A program made the position numbers and the translations under genes. From Chiloscyllium plagiosum (Eukaryota), in assembly GCF_004010195.1 (NCBI RefSeq), contig NC_057718.1, forward strand, positions 93,336,561 to 93,400,560: 64,000 nucleotides of DNA, in the 5' to 3' direction. Numbering within the stretch: position 1 is the stretch's first letter; every line of letters starts with the position of its first letter. Shown piece after piece: positions 35,838 to 49,697 of this stretch. A model generated the notes under the pieces. It had not been told where the DNA came from. It saw only the letters and a program-made list of their open reading frames with translations, and ran no database searches.

Positions 35838-38624
35838 TTGACTACCTGCATTGCTGCTGTCATTACCACTGTCACACACTGAGACATCCTCTTGACGTGA
35901 TGCCACATTTAAGCAGGCACCAGGCACAACACCTCAGAGAATACTGGGTCTTTGCAGGCAGCTTTCTTTGAGGTCAGAGTCAGGTTCCTATGTTTCACTG
36001 GTGCCAACAAGCCTCTGTCCTCTTTGTCTGAATGTAATCATCAATTCCCAACTTTGATTGGGATCAATGGCAGCTGGTGGGAGCATGACCTGAAGGTGAT
36101 GCTAAGGGATGGCACAGTGCTTTTATCATTCTTGTTCTTGCTGGGAGGCAGCAGAACAAATATTTGGATGGCTAGCACATCCAAAACTGCATGGAATTGC
36201 TAACAGTCTGATCTCACATTGTGCTGATCATCAAACATATTTTTAAACAAGTGACGCTGAACAAAATTAAAGTGTGGCACGAGTCAAGTTTTGTAAAACA
36301 TGGATTAAATATCACTCTACACAAACTTAAGGCATTGTTACCTCCATTTGTTACTGGATCTTCTGATTGTTCAATTTTTGTGAGATTTCCTTCCTACTTT
36401 TGTGAGGTCTGTTCTCTATATTTATGTCCTGTCATAGTTTCTAAAGGGTTTTGCCTTTGTTCCTGGCTATCATCTGTTTCTCAACCTTGAATGCTTATGT
36501 CCATCTCATCAACTAAAAGGTGTACCTGACTTATCTGTCATCTCTTCCTATCTTGCCCTTTGTTCCATCCTGTTTACCCTGCTTTATCTGATTCGCTTAC
36601 TTTACTGTTCTTGACTGCTTGTTATTGTCCGTATTATTCTTATCTAGTCCTTATCTCTTTCCTTTTAGCTCTCTTTTCCTTTCTTTCTTAAAGTAATCTC
36701 TTCAATTTCTTTATCGTCTTCCTAAACTATACGATAAACAGAAGTTAAAGAAGTCTCAATGCAACCCAGCGATTGGGAAAATTGAATGTGTACCTGAATA
36801 TATGTTTGTGAGTCGCATTATGTTGGATGTACAACTTCCTCCAGGTCTTATAATGCCGTCTGTGCACACAGGGGGTGGGGGAGGGAGGGGGCTAAGGTTC
36901 CCACATGCTACTGAATTCAGCACCTTGTTTGTATTTATCTAGGAACAGGCAGAGTGAGATATAGTGTTGAGTGATGTTTGCTCTTAGGACTTGATCAGAG
37001 CTAAGAAAAAATGTTTAAACTGCAGCAAGTGTCGTCCATTCTCTTTGTTCAGGTTCGGTCCCATCGAATTGTTCTATTGTAGACCAAGGGCATTCAGCCC
37101 ATTGTATACTAGATAGTGTAACTCATTTCATGCTCCTAACTCATTCCATCCTATCCCAATGCTTTTATTTCATCTTCTCCAAGTACTTATCCATTTTGTT
37201 GCTGCACCTGGTACATTTGAGAATCATCTAAGAAAGAAAGGACATTTGGCGGTGAAGTTTATTCGCTTATCGAAATAGAAGCTACCTGGTCACAGGAAAC
37301 TCCTGCTCAAAATCCTTCTCCTGAGGCAAGGTTTGCCCTAACTCGTTTTTTTGTGGCCAAATGGAATGGAGGAACCCATCCTCCTGCTAAGGTACCACCA
37401 CAACCATCAACCTGGATGGGAGTGGGAGTGGTCAGCATGGCTCAGAGACTGAGCTTCACTGGGTCCTGCAGAGTTTTAACTCTGCTCTGTGTGTTGTTTG
37501 GAGTTGAATGACTCCCCCATCCAATCAACAGCCTCATTTTAAGGCCTGTCTTCCACTCTAGGACCTGAGGGTGGCGGGGGCAGGAGGAGCGGGGATTGTG
37601 GGGGAAAGGGGAAAGTGGGAAGTGTCTTGCAATTCAATTGCCTCCAGGGTGAGGAGAGGTCCAACCCAGTGTCGAGCAGTGAGGTCTGAGTCCTTGGGAG
37701 TTGCAGTGGGAGAAGGGTGATCTGATCCCAGTCAGAGTCCAATCTTTGAAGGGACCACTGTTTGGGCTGGGGCCTTTATATAGATGGAAAGTCCAATGGA
37801 ACTTGGCAGGGTGGACTGGTGGTGTTGGGTCAATGTTGCCTTGAATGTTTGTCAGTATTACTCACACCCCAGGGAGCAAACATAATGAAACAGTCACAGA
37901 GTCGTACAGCGTGGGAAACAACCTGGCTTATATCTTAATTCGATAACATACCCTTGTACCTTGACAAGTGGAAGTTGCAAATGTCGCAGTGCACTCATTA
38001 AATTCACTGTTGGTCATTTTTAGGGGCTTATGATCTGTTTCAACAGTGAATATCTTGTTGAATACGTAGCGTGAAATTACCAAAATATCGGAGCCAATGC
38101 CTCATGCTGTAAATGGGAGTTAGCTAGATGAACGGGCTTTTGAACCAAATGCAATGAGTTTATCATTTTGCAAACACTGTGTGTTTGGGTTAGTATGGAC
38201 AAAATGATCTGAATCATTTCCACGGTTCTCTCTACATCCTTTTGCGATGCGCTTTCAGAATCGTGTCTTTCCTGGGGTTGTACCATTGCTATGGGCATTA
38301 ATTTTCTGACAGAACCTGCTCAAGTCAATTAAAGATGTACTAATGGCTGCCTTGCCAAGCATCCTTTCTGAACAAGCCTCTCAGCAGAGATACCAACTCA
38401 GTGAAGTTGGGAATATACGGTGAGATGCAGTTGAAAAATCTGAAGCAACGTGCAGATCCTTCTTACCCTGTGAGGGGGACATATTTTAACAACTCTAATC
38501 TTAGAATGTGGCAGACTTCATGGGGAGAGTAAATGGACTTGAGGAAGTTTATCTGATTGATGGTGAGTTGGCACATTACCTTGTTAAATACCATTGTGCT
38601 GCTGCCATCAGTAGTTGATGGGTA

Positions 38625-38941
38625 GATTAGATTAGATTACTTACAGTGTGGAAACAGGCCCTTCGGCCCAACATGTCCACACTGACCCGCCGAAGCACAA
38701 CCCACCCATACCCCTACATTTACCCCTTACCTAACATTATGGGCAATTTTAGCATGGCCAATTCACCTGACCTGCACATCTTTGGACTGTGGGAGGAAAC
38801 CGGAGCACCCAAAGGAAACCCACGCAGACACGGGGAGAGTGTGCAAACTCCGCACAGTCAGTCGCCTGAGGCGGGAATTGAACCTGGGTCTCTGGCGCTA
38901 TGAGACAGCAGTGCTAACCACTGTGCCACCATGCCGCCCAC
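38625..38941 (-). mobile_element. young HE1-type SINE
   Basis: Near-identical to 50285-50606, with a (gatta)n tail. Confidence 0.92.
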
Positions 38942-39094
38942 TAACATGAAGATGACCAAGCTTTCCTTATTGTTAACTTCACACACCATGCTGATCCAAT
39001 AAGATCAGAAGTTATTAACATCATACATCCTGAAAAAGCAGGATGACACAACATGAAAGCTAAAATTGACAGAGAGGCCAGGGCAACACCAGAA

Positions 39095-39352
39095 TTGGTG
39101 GCTCAGTGGTTAGCACTGCTGCCTCACAGTGCCAGAGACCTGGGTTATATCCCACACTTGGGCAACTTTGCACATTCTCCCCCTTTCTGTGTAGGTTTCC
39201 CATAGTCCAAAGATGTACAAGTTAAGTGGCTTAACCATGGGAAGTACAGAGTTACAGGAATTGGGGATGGGTCAGGGTGGGATGTTCTTTGGAGAGTCCG
39301 TGTGAGGAATTGACAGGCCACATGGCCTGCTTCCACACTGCAGGAATTCTAT
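39095..39352 (+). mobile_element. HE1-type SINE
   Basis: Contains ggtggctcagtggttagcactgctgcctcacag. Confidence 0.85.
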
Positions 39353-41249
39353 GAAGTAATGAATCCATGGGATGGCCCTTTCACTTGCCCAGTAGATTCT
39401 TCCTGAAAGCTCTCTGATAGCTCCTCTTTGGAAAAGTTACACTCATACACTTTGCTACACCATCATCCAACAAACTGGTCAGTAGACTCTTGGGGTTGTT
39501 CTCTGTATGTGAGTTGGAGTCTTTTCGTCCTGAAGTTATTTCTTGAGCTTTTCTTCAAGAACTTCCCAAAATATTTCTAGATCTTTCGATTGATCATAGA
39601 AATACTCCATGTATAAGTTCTGCAAAGCCTCTGCTTGTCAACAGCAAGCAAGGTTTTTTGTCCCCTTTTCTGCAGACTATCTCTTGCCTGGCCAGTACAG
39701 TAGATCTGCATGCATTATTTGAATAGCTATAGTTCATCAGAAGTACTATATGTGCAATTCATAATTCAGCATTTGCCTTCCATTTCTTTTTGTTTTGTTT
39801 TTTAGAATTAAAGTGCCCTTGCATTTTTTAAAATATTTCTTTTACTGAGTTTTTCTTGTCTCTCCTGCATTTCTTCTGATTATCATCATGTTATATTTTT
39901 CTGCTCCTTTACTACCCTGGGTCTCTTTTGGAGTGTTGTTTGAAGAATGACAGATCAAAGTTTAAAACACTGTAGACTGATAGTTGCAGATTTCAGCCTG
40001 TAGGCGGCATTCATGCCATGTAAGGAGTGTAACTTTGTCACTTAAAAAATGATTTGAGGAAAGAATGTTGGAAGCATCTGAAATCTGGACAGAGGTAAGC
40101 CTTCTTAGGGTATTATACTGCTTTTACAGTGTGGTCAAAGCTATATTTTATCTTAGGAGGGTTGAGAGGACCATTTAGGGGCTATGTTTTGAGAAAAACT
40201 CAGATCTCTGTCTCTCATGACCTTAGACTCTTTTAGAGGGAGATAAGACAACTCACGTGCTGAGCTGTTTAAACTTTGCTTCTGATTGTATTCTAACTTT
40301 GGCCTTTAAATTTTTAATTAAGTCAATCTGAGATTTTTTTTATATCTTGAAAGAGCTTAGCGTTTAATCAGAAAGAATTTAGCTCTACCTTCTGAATTTA
40401 TTGTCTCTCTAAGGTAGAATGAGATATTGACATAACACGATTAATTGCATCTCTTTCCACACCCTCCAGATAAATTATTTCCTTCCCCTGACCGACACCC
40501 CTGCTCTGTCCTCTATTTGTCCTTCCCATGCTCCTATCACTGACAAGGCAGTAACTGCGGCAGGACTAATGACTGACTGAGACTGTGATTGATTCCTCAT
40601 CAGAATGGAGCTCCAGCTATTATTCAAACTAATTTACAAACCATTCAAAAATGTGCCATTGGGTGTGAGGAAATGCTGATTTGTGGGTGCCTGAGTTTCT
40701 GACTGACCCTTTCCGTTTTGGTCAGGCCAGTTAGAATTTCCTCCCTTATAGCCCAAGTAAGATGTGACCTCCTTACCTTTCCTTCCAAAAGTGTCCCAAT
40801 TCATTGCACTTTATACCAAAGTCTGTTTGGTGATCAACTACCCCGCTATGCAGGTTTGGTGTTGCCCACAAATTTAGAAATTGTGCTTCTGATTGCCAAC
40901 AATGACCTTGACCACCTGCATGAGGTCATTAAAACATATTGAGCACTGTTGCCAGTGCTATGGTGCTCTACTCTTGGCATTTACTAGCCCCTCTCTGCAT
41001 CTTGGGACCACTCCATGGGGGGTGCACTCTGGTGACTCCCTGCTGCCCACCAACACTTCTTCCTGACTCCAGTCTCTCCTCTGACTTGTGTCCAGGGCAG
41101 CAACAATAAATCTCTTTCTGTTAATGTGTCACGGCTGCATCCAAATGTAGTTATTTAGCAAACGGCAGTGATTAGCGACAACTTCCCTTCCCTTGTACAG
41201 ACTGCGTCTTTCAGAAAAGGAGACCCCTAGAACTATAGAGAGAGCTAAT

Positions 41250-41740
41250 TGCATCTTAGCATTTGCAGAAGATGTTTTTGTGTTGGAAGCAGTTCAGAGA
41301 GGTTTCATTAGGTTAATTCCAGAGATGATAGCAGTCCTTTTGAGGAATGATTGAGCAGTTTAGGCCCATACTTACCAGAGTTTAGAAGGATGATGTTATT
41401 GAGTGACTTATGTTGCTAAAGGGGAGTCGACAAAGTAGACAAAGAGTGGATGTTTCCCCTTGTAGGGCATTCTAGAACAAGAGGAGTCATAGTTTTAGGC
41501 CAGGGTGCGGCAGATTTAAAACAGAGATGAGGAGGAATGACTTCTCTCAAAAGGTCGTGAATCTGTGCAGTTTCCTAGCCCAGAATGTGGTGGACAACAG
41601 GTCAGTGATTAAATGTAAGGATGGGATAGATGGAAGGTGGGCAGGAAAGTGGACTTGAGGCCGAGATGAGATCATCCATGATCGTATTAACTGTTGGGAC
41701 AGGTACGGGGGCCTGAATTGCCTACCCTGCTCCCATTTCT
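41250..41740 (+). mobile_element. CR1 LINE 3' fragment
   Basis: Paralog of 16735-17185. Confidence 0.75.
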
Positions 41741-42019
41741 TCTATCACGTGGCTGGACAGAGAAGGTACTAGCATTGTGTGGGGAATGCACCTCTCCCTG
41801 CCACATCTTTGAAAACGAGCTAAGTGAATCCATTTTGTGCTTTGAACACCTTACGAAAATGTGTGGGAAAATCTGGCTCATTGAACTTAATACTCAGTTG
41901 CTCGAGCTACCTCTAAATGTACTATTAGTTAGCTATCAGTCCTTGCCAAATCATAGGGAACAACAAAAGAAAAAGATTGACTTGCATTTCTATCATGACT
42001 TTCACAACCCTGCGACATC

Positions 42020-42450
42020 GAATTCCTACAGTGTGGAAAGAGACCATTTAGGCCATCAAGTCTGCATCAACCCTCCGAACAGCATCCCACCCAGACCCCC
42101 ACCCTCTCCCCATATTTACCGTAACTAATCCATCTCGCCTAGGAGAAAATGAAGACTGCAGATGCTGGTGAGTCAGAGTCGAAAAGTGTAGTGCTGGAAA
42201 AGCACAGCAGGTCAGGCAGCATCCGAGGAGCAGGAGAGTTGACATTTCAGGCATAAGCCCTACATCAGGAATGTCATCCATCTAGCCTATGCATCTCTGT
42301 GACACTACAAGCAATTTACCACACCCAATCCATACAAACTTGGATTGTGAATGATGCTGGGGGAACGTACAAACTCTACACAGTCACCCAAGGCTGGAAT
42401 CAAACCCAGGTCTCTGACGTTGAGAGGCAGCAGCGCTAACCACAGAGTCA
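42020..42450 (-). mobile_element. HE1-type SINE with a Penelope 3'-end insert (42142-42275)
   Basis: The insert carries a minus-strand CUGAUGU-A-GGGC-UUAU-GCCU-GAAA. TSD atccatct(c/a)gccta at 42128-42141 and 42276-42289. Confidence 0.85.
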
Positions 42451-42844
42451 CCCACAGTTCACAGTGTTTTGTAGCCAACAAAGTACTCTTGAAATGGAGA
42501 CTTTTGTTTTGGTGTAAAAACTGGGGCAGCCGATTAGTCTCACAAACTAATATTGTCACAAACAGCATTGTAAAATCAGCAATGTCATTGCTTGCTTGCT
42601 GATTTGCCTTTCTCAGTTACAAACTTGACTGAATTGCTTCACGTTGGTTCGTATTGATATTTGACTGGAAAATGCAATTGAGAGGTTATAAACTTTTGAC
42701 AAGAGATTCCAAATATTGGATGTTAGGCATTTGAAACTGGAGATGCTCAGATGGTCTGAATCAAAGGTGCACAGGTAAGTGCGGAGGGGATTAAAGAAAT
42801 AGGGAAGGAGGCTGTGGCGGAATTTGTAAACAAAGGTTAGAAGT

Positions 42845-43085
42845 TGCGGGGCAAATGTTTTACACAGAGGGTGGTTCGCCTGTGGAATGAACTCCCTGAG
42901 GTAGTGGTGGATGTGGGTACAATTACAATGTTTCAAAGACATTTGGATAAATACATGAATAGGCAATGGAGGGTTGTGGGTCAGAAGCAGGTAGGTGGGA
43001 CTGGTTTACCTTGGGATTATGTTCAGCACAGACTAGTTGGACCGAAGGGTCTGTTTCCTTGCTGTATGACTCCATGGCTCTATGT
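42845..43085 (+). mobile_element. CR1 LINE 3' fragment
   Basis: Reads FTQRVVRLWNELPE. Confidence 0.85.
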
Positions 43086-43229
43086 TGCTTGTCTGTCAGC
43101 ACAGAGGAATGGGACTGAACTGTGATTTAAGCACAGGCAGCTGAGTTTTTGGGTGATCACAAGTTTATGGTGGCCATGCCTCGAACTGATGAAGCGTAGA
43201 ATGAGCTTTACAGTGGCAGATTAAAGCAG

Positions 43230-43550
43230 GCAGTGGTGTTGTGGTAGTTTTATTGAACTCATAATTCAGATCCCCAGGAGAATGCTCTGGGGTCATGGGT
43301 ATGAACCTATCTTGGTAAATGGTGACATTTGATTTCAATAATTAAAAAAAACTAACCTAATGATGAGTATGTAATGACTATCAGTTGGTTCAATAAAACC
43401 TGATAGGGAAGGAAATCAGCCAAACTGGCATGGCCACATGTGACTCCAGACCCACAGCAATGTAGTTGATTCCTCACTACCTGCTGGGTAATTAAGAGGG
43501 AGCAACAAATGCTGACCCAGCCAGAAATACCAGCATCCCATAAATGAATG
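43230..43550 (+). mobile_element. tRNA-like SINE (family 2), diverged
   Basis: Contains gtgactccagacccacagcaatgt...cccataaatgaatga. Confidence 0.7.
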
Positions 43551-43554
43551 AAGG

Positions 43555-43948
43555 TCAGAGTGTCAAAGGCTGAGGGATGACCTTATAGAAGTTTATAAAA
43601 CCATGAGGGGCATGGAGAGGGGGAACAGTCAAGGTCTTTTACCCAGAATAATGGAATCCAAAACTAGAGGGCATAGATTTAAGATGAGAGGGGAATGATT
43701 TAAAAGAAACTTAATGGACAGCATTTTCACACAGAGGGTGATGCATGTATGGAATGAGCTGCCAGATGAAATGGTGGAGGCTGGTACAATTACAACACTT
43801 AAAAAGTATCTTGATGGGTATATGAATAGGAAGGGTTTAAAGGGACAAGTGATGGCAAATGGGACTAGATTAATTTAGGATAGCTGGTTGGCATGGACAA
43901 GTTAGACCGAGGGATCCATTTCTATGTTGTACATCTCTATCATTCTAA
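43555..43948 (+). mobile_element. CR1 LINE 3' fragment
   Basis: Paralog of 3250-3646. Confidence 0.85.
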
Positions 43949-45204
43949 GCTGAGGGAAGGGTGATCAAATGAAAGGAAATTGGCCTCCATCGGATTTGAA
44001 TTATCATTCTATGATCGTCAGTGTAAAAAGAGTTGGGAATGGGGTCAAAATGGCTGCTAATTCACTTCAATCCATTTGCACTGCTGAGACAGAGCAATGT
44101 CACTGCCAATAAATTTCCATCTCTGATGTAGGATCTACATGGAGGGAGTTGCATGATATATTCATCCTTTACGTATTGTTCCCTTACTAAGAAATGATGG
44201 GAAGGATAAATGGCACCAAGAATAGCTGTGGATTGATATAAATCGTGAGAGGAGAGGAACATCAGCTGGGTTTGAAGATATTCCGAACATGGCGGTAGCA
44301 ATGCAGTGTAACCACAAAGAGATAATGCAACATGTGGGCTGAGAATGTAGTTATCGGAATAACATATGGGGTGAGAAAACATGCTACCAGCATAACATAT
44401 TTGCAAGCGGAATTATTGACAGATGGCCCTCAGCTGTAGCATCTAGGGTACCATAAATTATGGGCTGATCATGCAGATAATCAACTGTCAAAACAGTCAA
44501 GTTTTAAAAAAAAAAGCAAAGGCACTCTCCTAACCTTTCTTGTCACAAACAATTAGATTAGCATCTGGATTTGGTTGAATTCAAGGTAAAATAAATTCAA
44601 ATGTATTGAATATTACAGTGTTCAAACAATGTGCAACTGGGACCTTATTTCCTCTGTGTTAGAGGGAGGGCAGCAAAAGTGACGTTGCTCACTGTGTTAC
44701 AACGTGATGCAGATTTTGTTGTAATGACAACAGTGGCTCTATCCGAGCTTATCGTTACGGTGGGGTTAACAGAACAGCAATTTCTGCCACTCAGCCATTG
44801 CAAACGAAACATGAAAATGCAGGTGTTGCCATCAGAGATAATCTGTTCCTTTTTCCAGCATGGGCTATTAAAATCCTCACCACCAATAGACTCAGCAATG
44901 AAATGACTGTGATTGTGTGGAACCACTATACTTGCCTGCAGGTTCTGCATCAGAATATGTCAAACAAGTTCATTCTGGTGCATTGAAAATAATGTATGTT
45001 TTCACTGGTATAAAATGTGTTGATTATAGCTGTGCAACTTGTCTAGCCCTGGAAACTGATTTTACAAATGTGGTGTCTCATTCCCTTATAGATTTAAATA
45101 TTCTTATTTTATTTTTTCATTCCTTTTATTCCCCCGCACAATCCGATTTGTATTCTCCAATCTTTACTATGTTCCCTGTAGAACATTTAAATCTAATTTA
45201 GATT

Positions 45205-45650
45205 TAGAGTCATAAGGATGTATAATATGGAAACAGACCCTTTGGTCCAACTCAATTGATTTAGGCCCATGTCCCTCTAAACCCTTCCTATTCATATACC
45301 CATCCAGATGCCTTTAAATGTTGTATTTGTACCAGCTTCCAGCACTTCCTCTGGTAGCTCATTCCACACACACACCATCATCTGCATGAAAAAAGTTGCC
45401 CTTTAAGTCCCTTTTAAATCTTTCCATGCTTACCTTTAACCTATGGCCTCTAGTTTTGAGCTCTGCTGCCCTAGGAAAATACCTCGTCTATTCACCCTAT
45501 CCATGCCCTTATGATTTTATAAAACTCTATAAGATCACCTCTTAGCCTCTAACACTCTAGGGGAAACAGCCTCAGCCTATTCAGCCTCTCTCTATAGCTC
45601 AAACCCTCCAACGCCGGCAACATCCTTGTAAATCTTCTTTGAATCCTTTC
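45205..45650 (-). mobile_element. CR1 LINE 3' fragment
   Basis: Antisense paralog of 3135-3646. Confidence 0.85.
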
Positions 45651-46424
45651 TTGCTTTCTACCTTTTGGTTTGGACTCTGCATGATTTAGTGGAGATTTTT
45701 GAGTCCAGTTAGTTGAAGAGGGATGCCGTTAATTGACCTGCGCTCATCTGCCACCAATGGCCTGTAGTTAGTGTAACATTTGACCAAAGGCCTTATGGTA
45801 GGACATCTGAACTCTAAACCTCATTCAATCATTCTGGCAGCTATTGACGTTACTCAGAAACAATTTTTATCACCAGAGTTTCTGAACCAAGACCCAGGGG
45901 AGGGTCTAAAACTGCCAGAATTCTTTGAAGAAGCAGATACACTTCAGGAGATGTGTAGCGTACATGTGACAGTGCCTAATAGGTGGATATTACTGTGGAA
46001 TTGTCAAGTTGTCGAATAATATAAATATCTCATCCTTTAAATTTTAAAATAAACGTACAAGTGGCTGTGAATCAGGGAAAAATAATCAGTGCTTCCAATT
46101 CCAGTAACTGTTGAAGTAAACCTAAGGGCTATCATTACAGGAAATGTAGTGTTTGATGACTCCCACAACCCATTATTGTCATAGATCTGAGTGGAGGGGG
46201 TGAGTATACATTACAGACTGATCGACAATTTAACATGACGATAAATGGCTTTGCTGTTTTTGGTATGGGATTATGAGTATAAACCTTTTTTTAAATAATG
46301 GATTAAGTACTTGAGTAAATGTAAATGTATTGAATGTATTCTTATCAATCAGCATGACTTTTTAAATCTAAAATAAAGTCTGTAACAGATATTTAGAACT
46401 TTAGTCTTTTCAAATCTCATCTTA

Positions 46425-46731
46425 GGCCGGCACAGTGGTTAGCACTGCTGCCTCACAGTGCCAGAGACACGGGTTCAATTCCTACCTTGGGTGACTGTCT
46501 GTGTGGAGTTTTCACGCTCTCCCTGTGTCTGCGTGGGCTTCCTCCGGGTGCTCCGGTTTCCTCCCACAGTCCAAAGATGTGCAGGTTAGGTGAATTGGCC
46601 ATGCTAAATTGCCCGTAGTGTTAGGTGAAAGGGTAAATGTAGGGGAATGGGTCTGGGTGGGTTGCTCTTTGGAGGGTCGGTGTGGACTTGTTGGGCCGAA
46701 GGGCCTGTTTCCACTCTGTAAGTAATCTAAT
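46425..46731 (+). mobile_element. HE1-type SINE
   Basis: Full body with a taatctaatc tail. Confidence 0.9.
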
Positions 46732-47069
46732 CGTGCCCCCTGAGGACTGCGTACAGTGATTTGAAATGGAGATTATAAGGGCAAAGGCTGGTGGGTTGGA
46801 TGAGTTGGGACTAAGTTGGCATATGAGCCACAAGGGGCGGTGGGTTTGGGTAGAGGGCATAGAGTGGCATAGAGGGATTGAGAGGTCATGAGGGTAAGTG
46901 AGGAACATGAAGTGGCACAAGTTAAGGTGGATGGGGCATTGGTTTTCGGGCTCGAGGGTATTACTGCTCTCATTGTAAATGGGACAGAGGCCCAGACCAT
47001 TGAGAAGGTCCTTTAAAGGAGCACAGCACAGCAGCGCAGTCCTGTGGTTGCCTCCTGACCTGTTTCTGG

Positions 47070-47285
47070 GAGGAAGTCAGGACTGTAGATGCTGGAGATC
47101 AGAGTCGAAGAGTGCGGTGCTGGAAAAGCACAGCCAGCCAGGCAGCATCCGAGGAGTCGACAATTCGGGCATAAGCCCTTCATCAGCCCTTCCTGCTCCT
47201 CGGATGCTGCCTGACCTGCTGTGCTTTTTCCAGCAACACACTCTTAACTCTGATCTCCAGCATCTGCAGTCCTCACTGTCTCCCA
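47070..47285. mobile_element. fold-back Penelope element
   Basis: Both arms reach the tail (gatgctggagatcagag / ctctgatctccagcatc). Minus-strand core CUGAUGA-A-GGGC-UUAU-GCCC-GAAU. Confidence 0.85.
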
Positions 47286-48217
47286 CTTCCAGGAGCTGCT
47301 GAGAAGGGACTATGGGTATAAATGGTCAACATTATTATTCTGTCTAGCAGCAACTAACCAACAGTGGAAAGTCTTCAAATCTGGGACAAAAAAAGTACAA
47401 ACTAATATATATTTTCTGAAACAAAAATGCCATGCAGAAAAGCATAGAATGCTCCTATACTGGCAGCAAAAGTCTAATTCAAATAATAAAGCCACTTCTA
47501 ACAATGCTAAAGAGTAACATGAATGTATAAATTGTGGTAGCAGGGAGTGATAAAGGAAATTGGAAGAGATAACAGTCCTTCATATATTTGAAGTGATGCC
47601 ACATGTTTTACTGTGGAACTGCCCATACAACATAAATGGGACAGATGTTACAATGCGGTGAGTCATTTTGAAGACCTACATAACAAAACAGAGCATTTTG
47701 TACTGAAAATGTGTTTTTATTTCCTGCATTTTCTCGCGAACTTTGGAGTCATTGTCTTTCAGTTTGATATTAGAAGCAAGGAGTCACTAGTACTTCACGC
47801 TAATTAGAATTCCCACTCGGTTTTTTTTTCCAAACGTAATACCCAGCAATTACATCATTTAAAATTAGCTTAAATACTTCCTTTGAAATGTTGATGAACT
47901 CTCTGAAAAGTTAAATCGTGCAGCAATTGTTAGGCCAGAAAATTATTTTATCACCCAGAGTTTCCCCTTCATCTGGTGCAATTATACTTTTAAAGCATTC
48001 ACCATGAAATAGGAAGGATAATTTGGTGAAAAATGATTAAAAAAAACGTTTTCAATGACTATGATTTAGGCTACAATTATATTGCATCACCTGTTTATTT
48101 ATTTCTCTTAGGAATGGACAAGATTCTGTCATACTGCGAGAACTGCACGGATGTTAATGGCATGTAATTATGGCCTGGCTCATACCCTGTTTGATGTCTC
48201 TTTAGTATAGATATCAT

Positions 48218-48893
48218 TTTGATTTGATTTAATTAATTATTATTGTCACATATACCTAGGTACAGTGAAAAGTTTTGTTTCGCGTGCAAAACAGGCCGAT
48301 CATGTCATACAAAGATCACAGGGTGAGGAACACAAAGTTACAGCTGCAAAGAAGGTGCACAAAAAATAAGATTTCCCGTTCACTTTGAAATTTGAGAGGT
48401 CCATTCCAAAGCCTGATGACATGGGGAAGAAGCTGTTCTTGAACCTGTTGGTATGTGTGTTTAAGCTTTTGTAACTTCTGCCTAATGGAGGAGGTTGGAA
48501 GAGATTTTAACTGGGATTTGAGGGGTCTTTGTTGATGTTGGCTGCCTTCCCCAGGCAGGGTGAAGTGCAGATGGAATCAATGGATAGGAGGCTGGTTTGC
48601 AACATGGACTGGACTGTGTTCACAACTCTGTAGTTTCTTATGATCCTGAACAGAGCAGTTGCCGCCTCAAGCTATGATGCATCCAGATACAATCCTTTCT
48701 GTAATGCATCTATAAAAGGTGGTGAGCGTCCTGAGGCACGTGCTGAATTTCCTTAGCCTCCTGAGGAAGAAGAGGTGTCATTGTGCCTTCTTGACTGTTG
48801 TATCAATATGGGTGGTCGAGGACAGACTGTTGATGATCATCTCTCCTAGGAACTTGACGTTCCTGACCATCTCCACCTTAGCTCCATTGATGT
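48218..48893 (-). mobile_element. Rex1/Babar LINE 3' fragment
   Basis: Paralog of 5510-5980 extending further into the RT, with a (tttga)n tail. Confidence 0.8.
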
Positions 48894-49434
48894 AGTTCAG
48901 AGAATCATAGAATCCCTACAGTAGATAGGTCCATCTGGTCCTAATATCAGTCCAGGGCCAGATTTACTCACTCTTAAACAAAATCGCAATTTGCTGATAA
49001 GACGACAGAACAACATATTCTAAGCTGTAGAGACTTTTAGTTGAAAATGAACTAATGAAGCCCCAGGAGTCTCATAGCTGACCTCAGAGACTTGCTTCCA
49101 TATCCATGAACCCTGTGTCTACACAAAACTGCGCATCTTCTTTCCCTTCCACTTTGCAGACATTGTAAACCTCGGCACAGCATTAGCACCTGAGTGTTTG
49201 ACATCATGCTAGGGAAAAAAAAAACAGAGAATGAGCATAACCTGGAGACACAATAATGCAGATATTAAGAACAGCAATGGGTGAAAGGTTATCTGGGGTA
49301 AACAGCCACAATCTCATTGACTGCCAGCGCAGACTTGAGGGGTTGGGTGGCTTATTACTATTCCAAATGTGTATTTTTGTATGTTCTTAACACAGATAGC
49401 AAGAATTGGCCTTTACTTTCAATACTATGCCACA

Positions 49435-49697
49435 TTTTTATTCACTCATGGGGCATGGGTATCCCAGGCCAGCTACCATGTATTCCTCATCCCATGTTGA
49501 TCTTGAGAGGATGAGAGTAAGCTGCTTTCTTGAACCACTGCAGTCCACAATAGACCCACAATACTGTTAGGAAGGGAATTTCAGGATTTTGACCCAGTGA
49601 CACCGAATAAACCACAATATATTTCCAAATCAGGATGATAAGTGGCTTGGAGGGGAAGTTGGAGGTCGTGGTGATTTCGTGTATTTGTAGTTCTTGT
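49435..49697 (-). mobile_element. 3' end of the LINE partnering SINE family 2
   Basis: Reads ttcactcatggggcatggg...ggccagc...cttgagagg. Confidence 0.7.

Noticed and set aside
39380..39640. Antisense peptide EALQNLYMEYFYDQSKDLEIFWEVLEEKLKK* as a terminal exon
   Set aside because: There is no polypyrimidine tract and no recognised family. It may be a decayed LINE or chance.
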